Shown in pieces: positions 27,355 through 37,161 of a stretch of 64,000 nt of DNA. Position numbers and translations under genes: made by a program. The stretch is from positions 277,923 through 341,922 of the forward strand of contig CBDIBD010000002.1 in assembly GCA_965276655.1 (NCBI GenBank), in the 5' to 3' direction. Under the pieces are notes generated by a model that ran no database searches, had not been told where the DNA came from, and worked only from the letters and a program-made list of their open reading frames with translations. Within the stretch, counting starts at the first letter, position 1. Each line of letters begins with the position of its first letter. Origin of the DNA: Acetobacteraceae bacterium (lineage in GTDB: Bacteria > Pseudomonadota > Alphaproteobacteria > Acetobacterales > Acetobacteraceae).

Positions 27355-29099
27355 ATGCGGCGCTCCGCCTCGACCGGGTGTCGGTCGCGATCGGCGGCAC
27401 GCGCCTGCTCGACGAGCTCGACCTGACCGTCGAGCGCGGCGAATTTCTCGCACTCGTGGGCGAATCCGGATCGGGCAAGACCATCGCCGCGCTCTCGGTC
27501 ACGCGCCAGTTGCCGCCGGGTGCCGAGCTGTTCGGCCGGGTCGTGGTCGATGGCATCGATGTGCTCACCCTCGACGGGCCGGCGCTGCGCCAGGTGCGCG
27601 GCGGCGCCGTCGGCATGGTGTTCCAGAACCCGCTGTCGGCACTCAACCCGTCGCACACGGTGGGGGTGCAGATCGCCGAAGCGGTCAGGCTGCACCGGCC
27701 GATGTCCCGGCAGGCGGCGCGCGCTCGCGCGCTCGACCTGATGCGCGAGGTCGGCATCGGCGATCCGGAGCAGCGGATCGACGATCACCCGCACCGTTTC
27801 TCGGGCGGCCAGCGCCAGCGCGTGATGATCGCCATCGCGCTCGCGGCCGAGCCGCGGCTGCTGATCGCCGACGAGCCCACCACCGGCCTCGATCCGCTGG
27901 TCGCCACGCAGATCCTGGCCCTCCTCGCCCGATTGCGCCGGACGCACGAGATGGGCGTCCTCTTCGTCACCCACGATTTCGGCGTCGTGCGCGCGCACGC
28001 CGACAGCGTGCACGTGCTCTATGCCGGGCGGACCGTGGAAACGGCACCGTCCGGTCCCTTGTTCGCGCATCCGCGCCACCCGTACACCGCCTCCCTGCTG
28101 TCGGCGGTGCCGGTCGCCGGCCGGCGCGTGCTGACCGACATCCCTGGCCAGATGCCCGAACCGGGTCACCGGCCGCCCGGTTGCCGTTTCGCGCCGCGCT
28201 GCGACCGGCGCGAGGCCGCCTGCGAGGCCGCCTATCCGCCGCTGGAAGCCGATGGCCGCACGCTTGCCGCCTGCCTGTTCCCGCTGACCGAGCCGCTCGC
28301 GCGGCCAGCCTCGGATGCGGTGCCGATCGCGATGCGCGCGAATTCGGAACCGTTCCTGGTGCTCGACCAGGTCGCCGTGCGCTATGGCAAGCGCCTCTCC
28401 GCATCGCTGCGCGACGTGTCGCTCGCGATCGGACGCGGCGAGTGCCTAGGCATCGTCGGCGAAAGCGGCTCGGGCAAGTCCACGCTCGGGCGCGCGATCC
28501 TGCAGATGGTGGCCCACGAGGGACGGATCACGCTCGACGGCAAGGCGCTCGGCTCGCTGTCCGGCGCACAGGCGCTGCAGGCGCGGCGCCGGTTGCAGGT
28601 GGTGTTCCAGGACCCGCGCGAGTCGCTCAACCCGACGATCTCGATCGGCGAGATCGTGACCGAACCGCTGCGGATCGCGGGCGTCGGCCGTGCCGAGCGG
28701 CGCCGGCGCGCCGGCGGCCTGCTCGAGCATGTCGGGCTGCCGGCGTCGCTTGCCGGGCGGGCGCCGCGCTCGATCTCCGGCGGCCAGGCGCAGCGCGTGG
28801 CGATCGCGCGCGCGCTCGCGGCCAGGCCCGACCTGATCGTCCTCGATGAACCCACCTCGAGCCTCGACGTGTCGACCCAGGCGACGCTGCTGAACCTGCT
28901 GCGCGCCCTCGGGCGAAGCGACGGGATCGCCTATGTGCTGATCAGCCACGATCTGGCGGCGGTCAGTTTCATGGCCGACCGGATCGCCGTGCTGCGCGCC
29001 GGCGCGATCGTCGAGGTGCAGGACACCGCGTCCCTGCTCGCTTCACCCAGGGATGCCTATACGGCCGCACTGGTGCAGGCGGCGCTCGGCCACGGCTGA
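27351..29099 (+). CDS. Fused double ABC ATPase (DppD-DppF type)
   Basis: The ATG at 27351 overlaps the permease stop (ATGA). Two Walker A motifs (GESGSGKT, GESGSGKS) and two signature motifs (FSGGQRQR, ISGGQAQR). Confidence 0.9.
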   Translation: MNAALRLDRVSVAIGGTRLLDELDLTVERGEFLALVGESGSGKTIAALSVTRQLPPGAELFGRVVVDGIDVLTLDGPALRQVRGGAVGMVFQNPLSALNPSHTVGVQIAEAVRLHRPMSRQAARARALDLMREVGIGDPEQRIDDHPHRFSGGQRQRVMIAIALAAEPRLLIADEPTTGLDPLVATQILALLARLRRTHEMGVLFVTHDFGVVRAHADSVHVLYAGRTVETAPSGPLFAHPRHPYTASLLSAVPVAGRRVLTDIPGQMPEPGHRPPGCRFAPRCDRREAACEAAYPPLEADGRTLAACLFPLTEPLARPASDAVPIAMRANSEPFLVLDQVAVRYGKRLSASLRDVSLAIGRGECLGIVGESGSGKSTLGRAILQMVAHEGRITLDGKALGSLSGAQALQARRRLQVVFQDPRESLNPTISIGEIVTEPLRIAGVGRAERRRRAGGLLEHVGLPASLAGRAPRSISGGQAQRVAIARALAARPDLIVLDEPTSSLDVSTQATLLNLLRALGRSDGIAYVLISHDLAAVSFMADRIAVLRAGAIVEVQDTASLLASPRDAYTAALVQAALGHG

Positions 29100-29171
29100 T
29101 CGTTCTCGTCACGATCCGTTAACCGGGCCGGCCCAAGATCGGTCCCCTGCCGATGCTTTTGGGGAACCGCA

Positions 29172-30878
29172 ATGTCCGTCAGCGGGCGCCGTTCGGGCCG
29201 GTCATTGAGCGTTGCGGCCCGCATGGTGCTGATCGGCGCCATCGCGACGGGATGCGCCGTCGCGATCATCGCCTTCTTCATCATCTGGCAGGAGCGCGCG
29301 GCCCTGGTCCGCAGTGCGCGCGCCCATCTTGCCCTGGACCTCGATCTCGCTCACGAGCTGCTCCGCCAGGAAGCAGGCGACGGGCCGGTGCGGCTCCTGA
29401 ACGGCCATCTCGTCGCGGGCAAGGATCATCCGCTCGAAGGCGACGTGTGGGTCGTCGACGGCATCGCCAGGTTCGGCGGCGGCGACACCGCCACCGTGTT
29501 CCGCGGCGACATGCGCGTGAGCACCAGCGTGCGCAAGGCCGACGGCACCCGCGCGGTCGGCACGCACCTGGCGCCCGGCCCCGTCCATGATGCCGTGCTG
29601 CGGGACGGCCGGACCTACCGCGGGCAGGCCAAGATCCTGGGCGTGGACTACTTCACGATCTACGAGCCGCTGAAGGACAGCCAGGGATCGGTGGTGGGCA
29701 TCCTCTACGTGGGCGTCAAGCAGTCGGTCTACATGGCGGCACTCGCGAACATCGAGTTCTGGACATGGATCGGCGGCTTCGTCCTGATCGGCGTTGGCGG
29801 CCTGATCCTGTTCCTCGCCGTGCGCCGCACCCTGCGTCCGCTCGACGCCCTGCGGGATGCGATGGGCGCACTCGCGCAAGGAGAGCTCGACATCATCGTC
29901 CCTGCCCTCGATCGCGCGGACGAGATCGGGCGGATGGCCCGCGCGGTCGGCGTCTTCAAGGACAGCATGGCCAGCGCCGACCGCCTGGCCACCGAGCGGC
30001 GCGCCACGAAGGGCGAAGCCGAGGCAGCCCGGAAGGCGCTGGTCGAAGGCACTGCTTCCGCCTTCGAGGAACGCGTGGGTGGTCTCGCGGCCAGGCTGTC
30101 CGAAGCGGCCGCCGGCCTGCGCCTGACCGCCGGGACGATGTCCGAGACCGCCGACAACACCGATCGCCAGGCTTCGACGGTCGCCGCCGCGACCGAGCAG
30201 GCGCGGGCCGGCGTCGAGACGGTCGCGGCCGCCGCCGAGCAGCTCGCTGCTTCGATCAGCGAAATCAGCCGCCAGATCGCGCTCTCGTCGGAAGTCACGC
30301 AACGGGCCGTCGCGGACGCCAGGCGAACCGATGACGTCGTGACCGCGCTGGCCGCGAGCGCGCGCAGGATCGGCGAGGTCGTGAACCTGATCACCAACAT
30401 CGCGAGCCAGACCAACCTGCTGGCGCTGAACGCGACCATCGAGGCCGCGCGCGCCGGGGACGCCGGCAAGGGCTTTGCCGTCGTCGCCTCCGAGGTCAAG
30501 CAACTCGCCCACCAGACCGCGGATGCCACGAAGGAGATCGAGGCGCAGATACGCGACATCCAGGGCGCGACGACCGAGGCCGTCGCCGCGATCAAGACCA
30601 TCGGCGCCACGATCGAGGAGGTCAGCACCATCGGATCGGCGATCGCCGCCGCGGTCGAGGAGCAGGGTGCCGCAACCGCCGAGATCGCGCGCAACGTGCA
30701 ACAAACCGCCGCGAGCACCCAGCACGTGACCGACAGCATCGGCGCGGTCAGCCGCGCCGCCAACGACACCGGACAGGCCGCGAGCGAGATGCTGAGCGCG
30801 GCCGATGGTCTTTCGCAACAGGCGGCGGAGCTGACGAGCGAAGTGGCCGCGTTCGTCGAGGGCGTTCGGGCGGCCTGA
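29172..30878 (+). CDS. Methyl-accepting chemotaxis protein with a periplasmic Cache-like sensor
   Basis: Layout is TM, sensor of about 170 aa, TM, HAMP. Highly conserved signalling hairpin [32 protein letters not shown]. Confidence 0.9.
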   Translation: MSVSGRRSGRSLSVAARMVLIGAIATGCAVAIIAFFIIWQERAALVRSARAHLALDLDLAHELLRQEAGDGPVRLLNGHLVAGKDHPLEGDVWVVDGIARFGGGDTATVFRGDMRVSTSVRKADGTRAVGTHLAPGPVHDAVLRDGRTYRGQAKILGVDYFTIYEPLKDSQGSVVGILYVGVKQSVYMAALANIEFWTWIGGFVLIGVGGLILFLAVRRTLRPLDALRDAMGALAQGELDIIVPALDRADEIGRMARAVGVFKDSMASADRLATERRATKGEAEAARKALVEGTASAFEERVGGLAARLSEAAAGLRLTAGTMSETADNTDRQASTVAAATEQARAGVETVAAAAEQLAASISEISRQIALSSEVTQRAVADARRTDDVVTALAASARRIGEVVNLITNIASQTNLLALNATIEAARAGDAGKGFAVVASEVKQLAHQTADATKEIEAQIRDIQGATTEAVAAIKTIGATIEEVSTIGSAIAAAVEEQGAATAEIARNVQQTAASTQHVTDSIGAVSRAANDTGQAASEMLSAADGLSQQAAELTSEVAAFVEGVRAA

Positions 30879-30881
30879 AGG

Positions 30882-30917
30882 CTGGGGGAACCGGAGCCGG
30901 TCCCCCAGACCCCCGGC
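30882..30917. repeat. GC-rich hairpin repeat (family member b)
   Basis: ctggggga...tcccccag stem followed by ACCCCCGGC. The reverse complement resembles the GGGGTCTGGGG...CCCCAG units at 49304 and 55569. Confidence 0.5.
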
Positions 30918-30939
30918 AATCTCAAGTCCAGTCCAGTTC

Positions 30940-30957
30940 CTGACAGCAAGCTGACAG
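30940..30957 (-). promoter_or_regulatory. Pho-box-like direct repeat (candidate PhoB site)
   Basis: The minus strand reads CTGTCAG-CTTG-CTGTCAG: two 7-mers with 11-nt periodicity (consensus CTGTCAT-N4-CTGTCAT). It lies about 145 nt upstream of the phosphoesterase ATG, but in the opposite orientation. Confidence 0.35.
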
Positions 30958-31101
30958 TAACTTTCGCGCGCGGGTCAAATCCAGTCCAGCCGGATGACGC
31001 GCGCTTCATGGTTTCATCACATTGTCATCTTGCCGGCGGGACACGGTTTAAGGCGAGCACTATACAGCCTGCGTCATCACGATGACGATGGGAACCCACG
31101 C

Positions 31102-33795
31102 ATGAAATGTTCGACCTCACTCAGTCCGATCGGCGGCCTTCTGGCGCTCGGGCTCTCGCTGCCCGCGCTCGCCGCGCCGTCGACCGATTTCCCGACCTAC
31201 ACGGTCGGCCCGCAGAAGAACGGTTCGATCATTGCCTCGAACCTGCAGCGCCTCACGCCGGCCGGCCGCCAGATCGGCCTGGGCTCGCCCGTGCGCGCCA
31301 AGGCGGTGGCATTGAACCCGATCGCGAACAGCCACACCGCCGCCATTCTCGAGATGGGTGCATCCGAGGCGGTGAAGGTCATCGACACCAAGAGCGGCGT
31401 CGTGCTGCAGAGCTTCATCCCGGCGCAGGACAGCAGCGGCTCGTTCACCGGCATCACCTATTCCGCGGACGGCAAGTATCTGTTCTTCAGCCAGGACAGC
31501 TCCTACCTCGAAATCGCCAAGGTCGACGGCAAGGGCCTGCTCAGCGACTATGGCCGCGTCACGCTGCCGCCCGACACCTCGATCCCGCTCTACACGTCGA
31601 GCACGGCGAACCCCGCCGGCGTCGCGGTCTCGGCCGACGGCAAGTCCGCCTACGTCCTGCTCAATCAGAACAACACGCTCGGCGTGGTCGACCTGACCGG
31701 GTCCGCGCCGGTGCTCAAGCAGCAGATCCACGTCGGTAACGATCCGAACAGCATCGTCATCGCGAACGGCTTCGCCTATGTCACCAACACGGGCGGCCGG
31801 GTCGCGGCCTCCGGCGACTTCACCGACCTCTCATCCGGCACGCCGATCGTGGCCAACCCGGCGACCGACGCATCGAGCACCGGCACGGTCTCCGTCATTG
31901 ACCTGGCGACGAACCAGGTGGTGAACACGATCGATGTCGGCCTGCAGCCGACCGGCCTGACGGTGTCGGGCTCGACGCTCTACGTCGTCAACACGAACAG
32001 CGAGAACGTCTCCGTCGTCGACCTCAAGAGCGGCCGCGTCAAGAACACGATCAGCCTCGCGATCCCCTACTACAAGACGTTCGGAACCGAGCCGTCCGGC
32101 ATCGCGACCGACGGAAACTACCTCTTCATCGCCTCCTACACGACCAACTCGATCCTGGTCGTCGATCTGGCCGCGAATTACCTGATCGGCTCGATCCCGA
32201 CCGCATACGGCCCGAGCACCGTCGCCTACGACGCCGCCAACCAGCAGCTCATCGTGACGAACGACAAGGGCACCGGCGCGCAGGGCTCGATCGGCAGCGC
32301 CCACGGCGTGAGCGGCTACAACACCCACCAGGACACCGGCACCGTCAGCCTGATCCATATCCCGACGCTCTCCCAGCTGCTCCAGGACAACGTCCAGGTC
32401 GCCGAGAACAACCACTGGGACCTGTTCAACAACACGCTCGGCACCTTTTCGATCAATCCGGGCGCGAAGCCGGTCGCCGTTCCGGCGCATATCGGCGAGC
32501 CGTCGCTGATCAAGCACGTCTTCCTGTTCATCAAGGAAAACCGCACCTACGACCAGATCCTCGGCGATGTCGCCAAGGGCAACGGCGACAGCTCGCTCGC
32601 GGTGTTCGGCGCGGTGACGCCGAACCAGCACGCGCTGGTCCAGCGTTTCCCGCTGCTCGACAACGTCTACGCGCCGAGCCGCCAGTCCGCGGACGGCCAC
32701 CCCTGGATCGTCTCGTCGATCTCCTCTTACAGCAACGACATCCAGTCGCCCGACTGGGTCCGTTCCTATCCCGGCGGCAACAGCAACGACGTGATGACCT
32801 ACACGCCGCAAGGCTTCCTGTGGCAGACGGTCAAGGCCGCCGGCCACAGCGTGAAGATGTATGGCGAGTGGAGCGACAGCCAGGTCGTCGACGGCAACTA
32901 CAGCTGGTCGGACTGGTACAAAGCGTCGCAGATCATGGAGGGCAAGATCAGCGGCACTTCACCGATCACGCTCACCACCGACACCGAGTCGACCAAGGTT
33001 CCCTCGGCCGAGGCGATCCTCGACCCGCACTACCCGTCCTTCAACACCGGCATTCCCGACCAGTATCGCGTCGACGTCTGGATGCCGCAGTTCATGAACT
33101 ACGAAGCCACCAACACGCTTCCCGACATGGAAATCATCTGGCTGCCCGATGACCACACGTCGGGCTTCACCACCGGCTTCCCGATCCCGACCGCGGCGCA
33201 GGCCGACAACGACCTCGCACTCGGCCGCATGGTCGACGCGATCACCCACAGCAAGGATTGGCCGACCACCGCGATCTTCGTCGAGGAGGACGACGCGCAG
33301 GACGGCGTCGACCATGTCGACGGCCATCGTCAGCCGGTCTACGTGATCAGCCCGTATGCGAAGCAGTTCGCGACCACGGCCGACCACACCTCCTACACCG
33401 CGGAAAACATCAACCGCACCATCGAGAACATCTTCGGCGCGCAACCCTTGACGCAATTCGACCTCGTCGCATCGCCGATGCGCACCGTGTTCACCAACAC
33501 GCCCAACACCGCGCCCTACGACATGGTGCCGGCCACTCTCGACCCCGCCACCTTCCCGACGCCGACGGCGTCGGTGAAAGGCGCCTCCAGCAATGTCCGC
33601 AACGCGTGGCAGCTCGCGTCGGATCATCTCATGGCGGGCCACACCAACCATGCCGACTCGGTCGACGAGAACGTGTTGAACCACGTGATCTGGTATGCGA
33701 GCACCGACTTCAGCCGCCCGTATCCTGGCGAGAAGAAGGTGCTCCCGCCGACTTCGTTCCACCCGCGCGCGGTCACGCCAGAGACCGACGACTGA
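31102..33795 (+). CDS. Secreted bifunctional beta-propeller (YncE/YVTN-like) / PF04185 phosphoesterase (phospholipase C or acid phosphatase family) protein
   Basis: Signal peptide MKCSTSLSPIGGLLALGLSLPALAAP. The N-terminal half has repeated ...YV.N....VSVVDL blades. The C-terminal half carries FIKENRTYDQILGD and EEDDAQDGVDHVDGHR, as in phosphoesterase-family enzymes. Confidence 0.8.
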   Translation: MKCSTSLSPIGGLLALGLSLPALAAPSTDFPTYTVGPQKNGSIIASNLQRLTPAGRQIGLGSPVRAKAVALNPIANSHTAAILEMGASEAVKVIDTKSGVVLQSFIPAQDSSGSFTGITYSADGKYLFFSQDSSYLEIAKVDGKGLLSDYGRVTLPPDTSIPLYTSSTANPAGVAVSADGKSAYVLLNQNNTLGVVDLTGSAPVLKQQIHVGNDPNSIVIANGFAYVTNTGGRVAASGDFTDLSSGTPIVANPATDASSTGTVSVIDLATNQVVNTIDVGLQPTGLTVSGSTLYVVNTNSENVSVVDLKSGRVKNTISLAIPYYKTFGTEPSGIATDGNYLFIASYTTNSILVVDLAANYLIGSIPTAYGPSTVAYDAANQQLIVTNDKGTGAQGSIGSAHGVSGYNTHQDTGTVSLIHIPTLSQLLQDNVQVAENNHWDLFNNTLGTFSINPGAKPVAVPAHIGEPSLIKHVFLFIKENRTYDQILGDVAKGNGDSSLAVFGAVTPNQHALVQRFPLLDNVYAPSRQSADGHPWIVSSISSYSNDIQSPDWVRSYPGGNSNDVMTYTPQGFLWQTVKAAGHSVKMYGEWSDSQVVDGNYSWSDWYKASQIMEGKISGTSPITLTTDTESTKVPSAEAILDPHYPSFNTGIPDQYRVDVWMPQFMNYEATNTLPDMEIIWLPDDHTSGFTTGFPIPTAAQADNDLALGRMVDAITHSKDWPTTAIFVEEDDAQDGVDHVDGHRQPVYVISPYAKQFATTADHTSYTAENINRTIENIFGAQPLTQFDLVASPMRTVFTNTPNTAPYDMVPATLDPATFPTPTASVKGASSNVRNAWQLASDHLMAGHTNHADSVDENVLNHVIWYASTDFSRPYPGEKKVLPPTSFHPRAVTPETDD

Positions 33796-33816
33796 TCAGC
33801 GGCCTCTCACGACAGG

Positions 33817-33854
33817 CGCCCTCTCCGGATCCGCCGGGGAGGGCGTTGCTTTTT
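33817..33854 (+). terminator. Rho-independent terminator
   Basis: 12-bp stem cgccctctccgg / ccggggagggcg (one G-U pair), 5-nt loop, then ttgcttttt. Confidence 0.7.
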
Positions 33855-33880
33855 CGGGCACGCGATGCTTTGAGCGGACG

Positions 33881-35500
33881 ATGAGCGTGCCAGCCCTGCT
33901 CGCGCAAGCCGCCCGGTCGCTTCAGGCCGGACGCGCCGGCGACGCGATCCCGCCGCTGCGCGAAGCGGCCCGGTTGCATCCGAATGACGCGGCCATCCTG
34001 CATGATCTCGGGGTTGCCTGCCTCGAGACCGGCCTGACCCACGAGGCGATCGACCATCTCGACCGCGCCGTGCGCGCCAATCCGCGTTTCGCGAAGGCCT
34101 TCTGGCGGCTCGGCATCGCCTTCGAGGCGATCGGCCAGAACGACACCGCACTCGGCGCCTACGGCCGCGCGACCGCGCTGCTGCCGTCGCTCACCGAGGC
34201 ACGATACCGCGCGGCCAGCCTGCTCGAGACAATGGGCCATCGAGACCGCGCGGCGTCGGAGTTCCAGCGCGCTGCCGCCTCCAGGACGAGCCTCGGCAGG
34301 ATCTGCGGCGTCCGCGCGGCCCTGATCGAGGGCCGCGACGAACAGGCCGAGCGCACGCTTCGCCAGATCCTCGCCTTGACACCGGACAACGCGGCCGCGC
34401 TCGACCTGCTCGGGACGGTGCTCGCGAACGCCGGCCGCCTCGAAGAGGCACGCGACGCATACGCCCGGGCGATCGCGATCGCGCCCGCGCTCGCTGGCAG
34501 CTACTACGACCTGGTGCGATGCCGGCGCCTCGTGCCTGACGACCGGCATCTCGTCACACGCATGCAGGCGGCCCTGACCCGAGGCGATCTCGACACGGAG
34601 CAACGCGCGCGCCTCCATCTCGCACTCGGCAAGGCCGCCGATGATTTCGGCGATCCGGCCCAGGCGATGCGCCATTTCGACGAGGCCGATATGCTGAGGA
34701 GCACCCTGGTCGCCTTCGACGCCGACGCCTTCGAGGCCCGGATCGACCGGATGGTCGCGCGCTTCACGCCGGAACTCCTCGCATCCGCGCACCATCGCTC
34801 CGATGACCCGATGCCGGTGCTGATCGTGGGCCTGCCACGCTCCGGCACGACGCTCGTCGAGCAGATCCTGTCCAGCCACGCCGCGGTCGCGGGCGGCGGC
34901 GAGATGCCATTCTGGACCGAACAGGGTCCACGCTGGGCGGCAGCGGAGGCAAGCCTCCAGGACCTGGCCGCTGATTATCTGCGCGGCTTGCGCACCCTCG
35001 CACCCGCCAGGCGGGTAACCGACAAGATGCCGCTCAACCTGATCTGGGCAGGCCTGATCCATCTCGCCCTGCCGAACGCCACGATCATCCATTGCCGGCG
35101 GGACCCGCTCGACACGGCGCTGTCGATCCATTCGACCTATTTCAACGCGCGCCTGCCATTTCCGACCGGAGGTGCGGCACTGGTCCGCACCGTCCGCGCC
35201 ACCCAACGCCTGGCCGACCATTGGCGACGCGTGCTGCCCTCAGACCGGTTCATCGAGCTCGACTACGAGCGGCTCACCGACGATCCCGGACACCAGATCC
35301 GGCGACTGGTCGCGCAATGCGGCCTCGACTGGGACCCCGCCTGCCTCCATCCGGAGCGCAATGCGCGCATCGTCAAGACACCGAGCAAATGGCAGGTGCG
35401 CCAGCCGATCACACGCAGCGTCGGAAGCTGGCGCCGCTACGAGCCGTGGCTCGGGCCGCTGCGCGCGCTCGGCGTCGCCCCCGCGCAGCCGGCCGCATAG
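33881..35500 (+). CDS. TPR-repeat / sulfotransferase-family protein
   Basis: The N-terminal ~300 aa are TPR-like repeats. The C-terminal domain has the PAPS-loop motif LIVGLPRSGTTLVEQIL and the block TPSKWQVRQPI...W.RYEPWL. Confidence 0.8.
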   Translation: MSVPALLAQAARSLQAGRAGDAIPPLREAARLHPNDAAILHDLGVACLETGLTHEAIDHLDRAVRANPRFAKAFWRLGIAFEAIGQNDTALGAYGRATALLPSLTEARYRAASLLETMGHRDRAASEFQRAAASRTSLGRICGVRAALIEGRDEQAERTLRQILALTPDNAAALDLLGTVLANAGRLEEARDAYARAIAIAPALAGSYYDLVRCRRLVPDDRHLVTRMQAALTRGDLDTEQRARLHLALGKAADDFGDPAQAMRHFDEADMLRSTLVAFDADAFEARIDRMVARFTPELLASAHHRSDDPMPVLIVGLPRSGTTLVEQILSSHAAVAGGGEMPFWTEQGPRWAAAEASLQDLAADYLRGLRTLAPARRVTDKMPLNLIWAGLIHLALPNATIIHCRRDPLDTALSIHSTYFNARLPFPTGGAALVRTVRATQRLADHWRRVLPSDRFIELDYERLTDDPGHQIRRLVAQCGLDWDPACLHPERNARIVKTPSKWQVRQPITRSVGSWRRYEPWLGPLRALGVAPAQPAA

Positions 35501-35519
35501 TGCCGGCGATGGAGCAAAC

Positions 35520-36279
35520 ATGCCGATCGACTGGACCCATGCGGCGCCCTCGATGCTGGCGGCGTTCCTCGCCTCTCTCGTGGAGTTTCATCGAGGCGCT
35601 CACGATCGTGCTCGCCGTCGGCGCGGTGCGCGGCTGGCGCGGCGCGCTCGGTGGCGCGGGCCTCGCTCTCCTGGTCCTGCTGCTCCTTGTCGCCTTCCTC
35701 GGACCGGCGCTCACGCGGATCCCGCTCGACCTGATCCAGCTTGTTCTCGGCGCGCTGCTGCTGCTGTTCGGGATGCGCTGGCTGCGCAAGGCCATCCTGC
35801 GCGCGGCTGGGGTGATCCCGCTCCATGACGAGGACGCGGCCTACGCCCGGCAGACCAGCGCCCTGCGGACCACCGCGCTGGCGGAAGGCTGGGACCGGCT
35901 TGCGATCTCGACGTCCTTCAAGATCACCATGATCGAGGGCATCGAGGTGGTCTTCATCGTCGTCGCACTCGGATCCGCGGGGAAGGGACTGCTTCTGCCT
36001 GCCGGCGTCGGCGCGATCGCCGCCCTCCTCGTGGTCATCGCGCTGGGTGCGGCGCTTCACAAGCCGGTCGCGATGATCCCCGAGAATGCGCTGAAATTCA
36101 TCGTGGGCGTGCTGCTCTGTTCGTTTGGAACCTTCTGGGTCGGCGAGGGCATGGGACTGGCCTGGCCGGCTGGCGACTTGTCGATACCCGCACTGAACGC
36201 CTTCTACCTGGCCGCTTCGCTGTCGGCGGTTCCGATCTGCCGAACGTCCGCCGCGTCCGCCGCGAGGTCGCGCGCATGA
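35520..36279 (+). pseudogene. Polytopic membrane protein (COG4280-like; family from memory) with an apparent 1-nt frameshift
   Basis: Frame A (ATG 35520) reads MPIDWTHAAPSMLAAFLASLVEF. The hydrophobic protein then continues in the +1 frame as IEALTIVLAVGAVRGW... through to 36279. The switch is at the T-run 35586-35588. Confidence 0.55.
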
Positions 36280-36494
36280 GCTGGCTCCGGACCGTCTGGT
36301 CCGAGTTCGTCGGACTGTTCGTCGATGACGGCAGCTTCGCGGTTTCCATCCTGGTCTGGCTTGCGGTGGCCGGATTGGGACTGCCTCGGCTCGCGTTGCC
36401 CCATTCCGTGCCTCCCGTCATCCTGTCTGCCGGCCTCGTCGCGATCCTTGTCGCGAGCGCCGCGCGGCGCTCGCGCGCGAACCGCGATCCGTGA
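36276..36494 (+). CDS. Small membrane protein (72 aa)
   Basis: ATGA overlap with the preceding membrane gene. Two hydrophobic segments. Confidence 0.5.
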   Translation: MSWLRTVWSEFVGLFVDDGSFAVSILVWLAVAGLGLPRLALPHSVPPVILSAGLVAILVASAARRSRANRDP

Positions 36495-36507
36495 ACGCGT
36501 CAAGACC

Positions 36508-36650
36508 TTATCGGAGCGATAGCATGAGACCTCCGAATGCCCCGATGACGACGAGGAGCGGAGGCACGCGCCAGACGGCCAACAGCATGAACGCGCCCAG
36601 CGCGAGCGCCGCATCGGCCGGACCGGACACCGCGCCGGTCCAGACCGGAT
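36508..36650 (-). pseudogene. Orphan duplicate of the chrA 3' end (last ~45 codons)
   Basis: Hand alignment of 36544-36650 with 37553-37662 gives about 90% identity with one 3-nt indel. The fragment translates to PVWTGAVSGPADAALALGAFMLLAVWRVPPLLVVIGAFGGLMLSLR*. Nothing upstream of the fragment resembles chrA. Confidence 0.7.
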
Positions 36651-36795
36651 GGCCAAAGGCAGGACTCGACGACACCTACTGCGGCATTTACGGTCGTGGT
36701 GTCGAAGCGCGGTTCGACGATTTTTGCCGATCTGGATCGGCGGAGGTCCTGCTGGTCGAGGCGCCTAAAAGAAGCGCGACGATCGAGGAACAGCA

Positions 36796-37161
36796 ATGGC
36801 GTGGACCTACAGCCAGTCGACTGGAGAGCTGCGCCACAACGGTAAGCTGGTTGCGACTGGCTACTCCGGTATCGGCGTCGGGCAGAACAATTCGGCTTTC
36901 CAGTCGTCTCATGACGTAGGCCCGGTCCCGATGGGCACCTACGCGATCGGTGCTCCCTTCCAGCATCCTCACGCGGGAAGCTACGCCATGCGTCTCACGC
37001 CCATGGCGGGAACGAACACCTTCGGACGGACCGGACTGATGATCCACGGTGACAGCATCACCCATCCGGGTCGTGCATCGACAGGCTGCATCATCGAAAA
37101 CCTGCACGCGCGTCAGCAGGTATGGAATAGCGGCGACCACATAGTAGCAGTAACGCAATGA
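36796..37161 (+). CDS. Tlde1-like (DUF2778) L,D-transpeptidase-fold peptidoglycan-targeting toxin candidate
   Basis: 121 aa, starting MAWTYSQSTGELRHNGKLVATGYSG.G.G.NN, then VGP.P.G.Y.IG, and a C-terminal LMIHGDSITHPGRASTGCII His...Ser/Thr-x-Gly-Cys block. This matches my recollection of tlde1-domain proteins. G+C is lower than the flanks. RBS GAGGAA. Confidence 0.7.
   Translation: MAWTYSQSTGELRHNGKLVATGYSGIGVGQNNSAFQSSHDVGPVPMGTYAIGAPFQHPHAGSYAMRLTPMAGTNTFGRTGLMIHGDSITHPGRASTGCIIENLHARQQVWNSGDHIVAVTQ

Noticed and set aside
36491-36919. 142-aa plus-strand ORF spanning the chrA fragment and the start of the toxin gene region
   Set aside because: It overlaps the chrA-homologous fragment in antisense and merely runs into the better-supported ATG at 36796 in another frame. 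It has no RBS or motif support.
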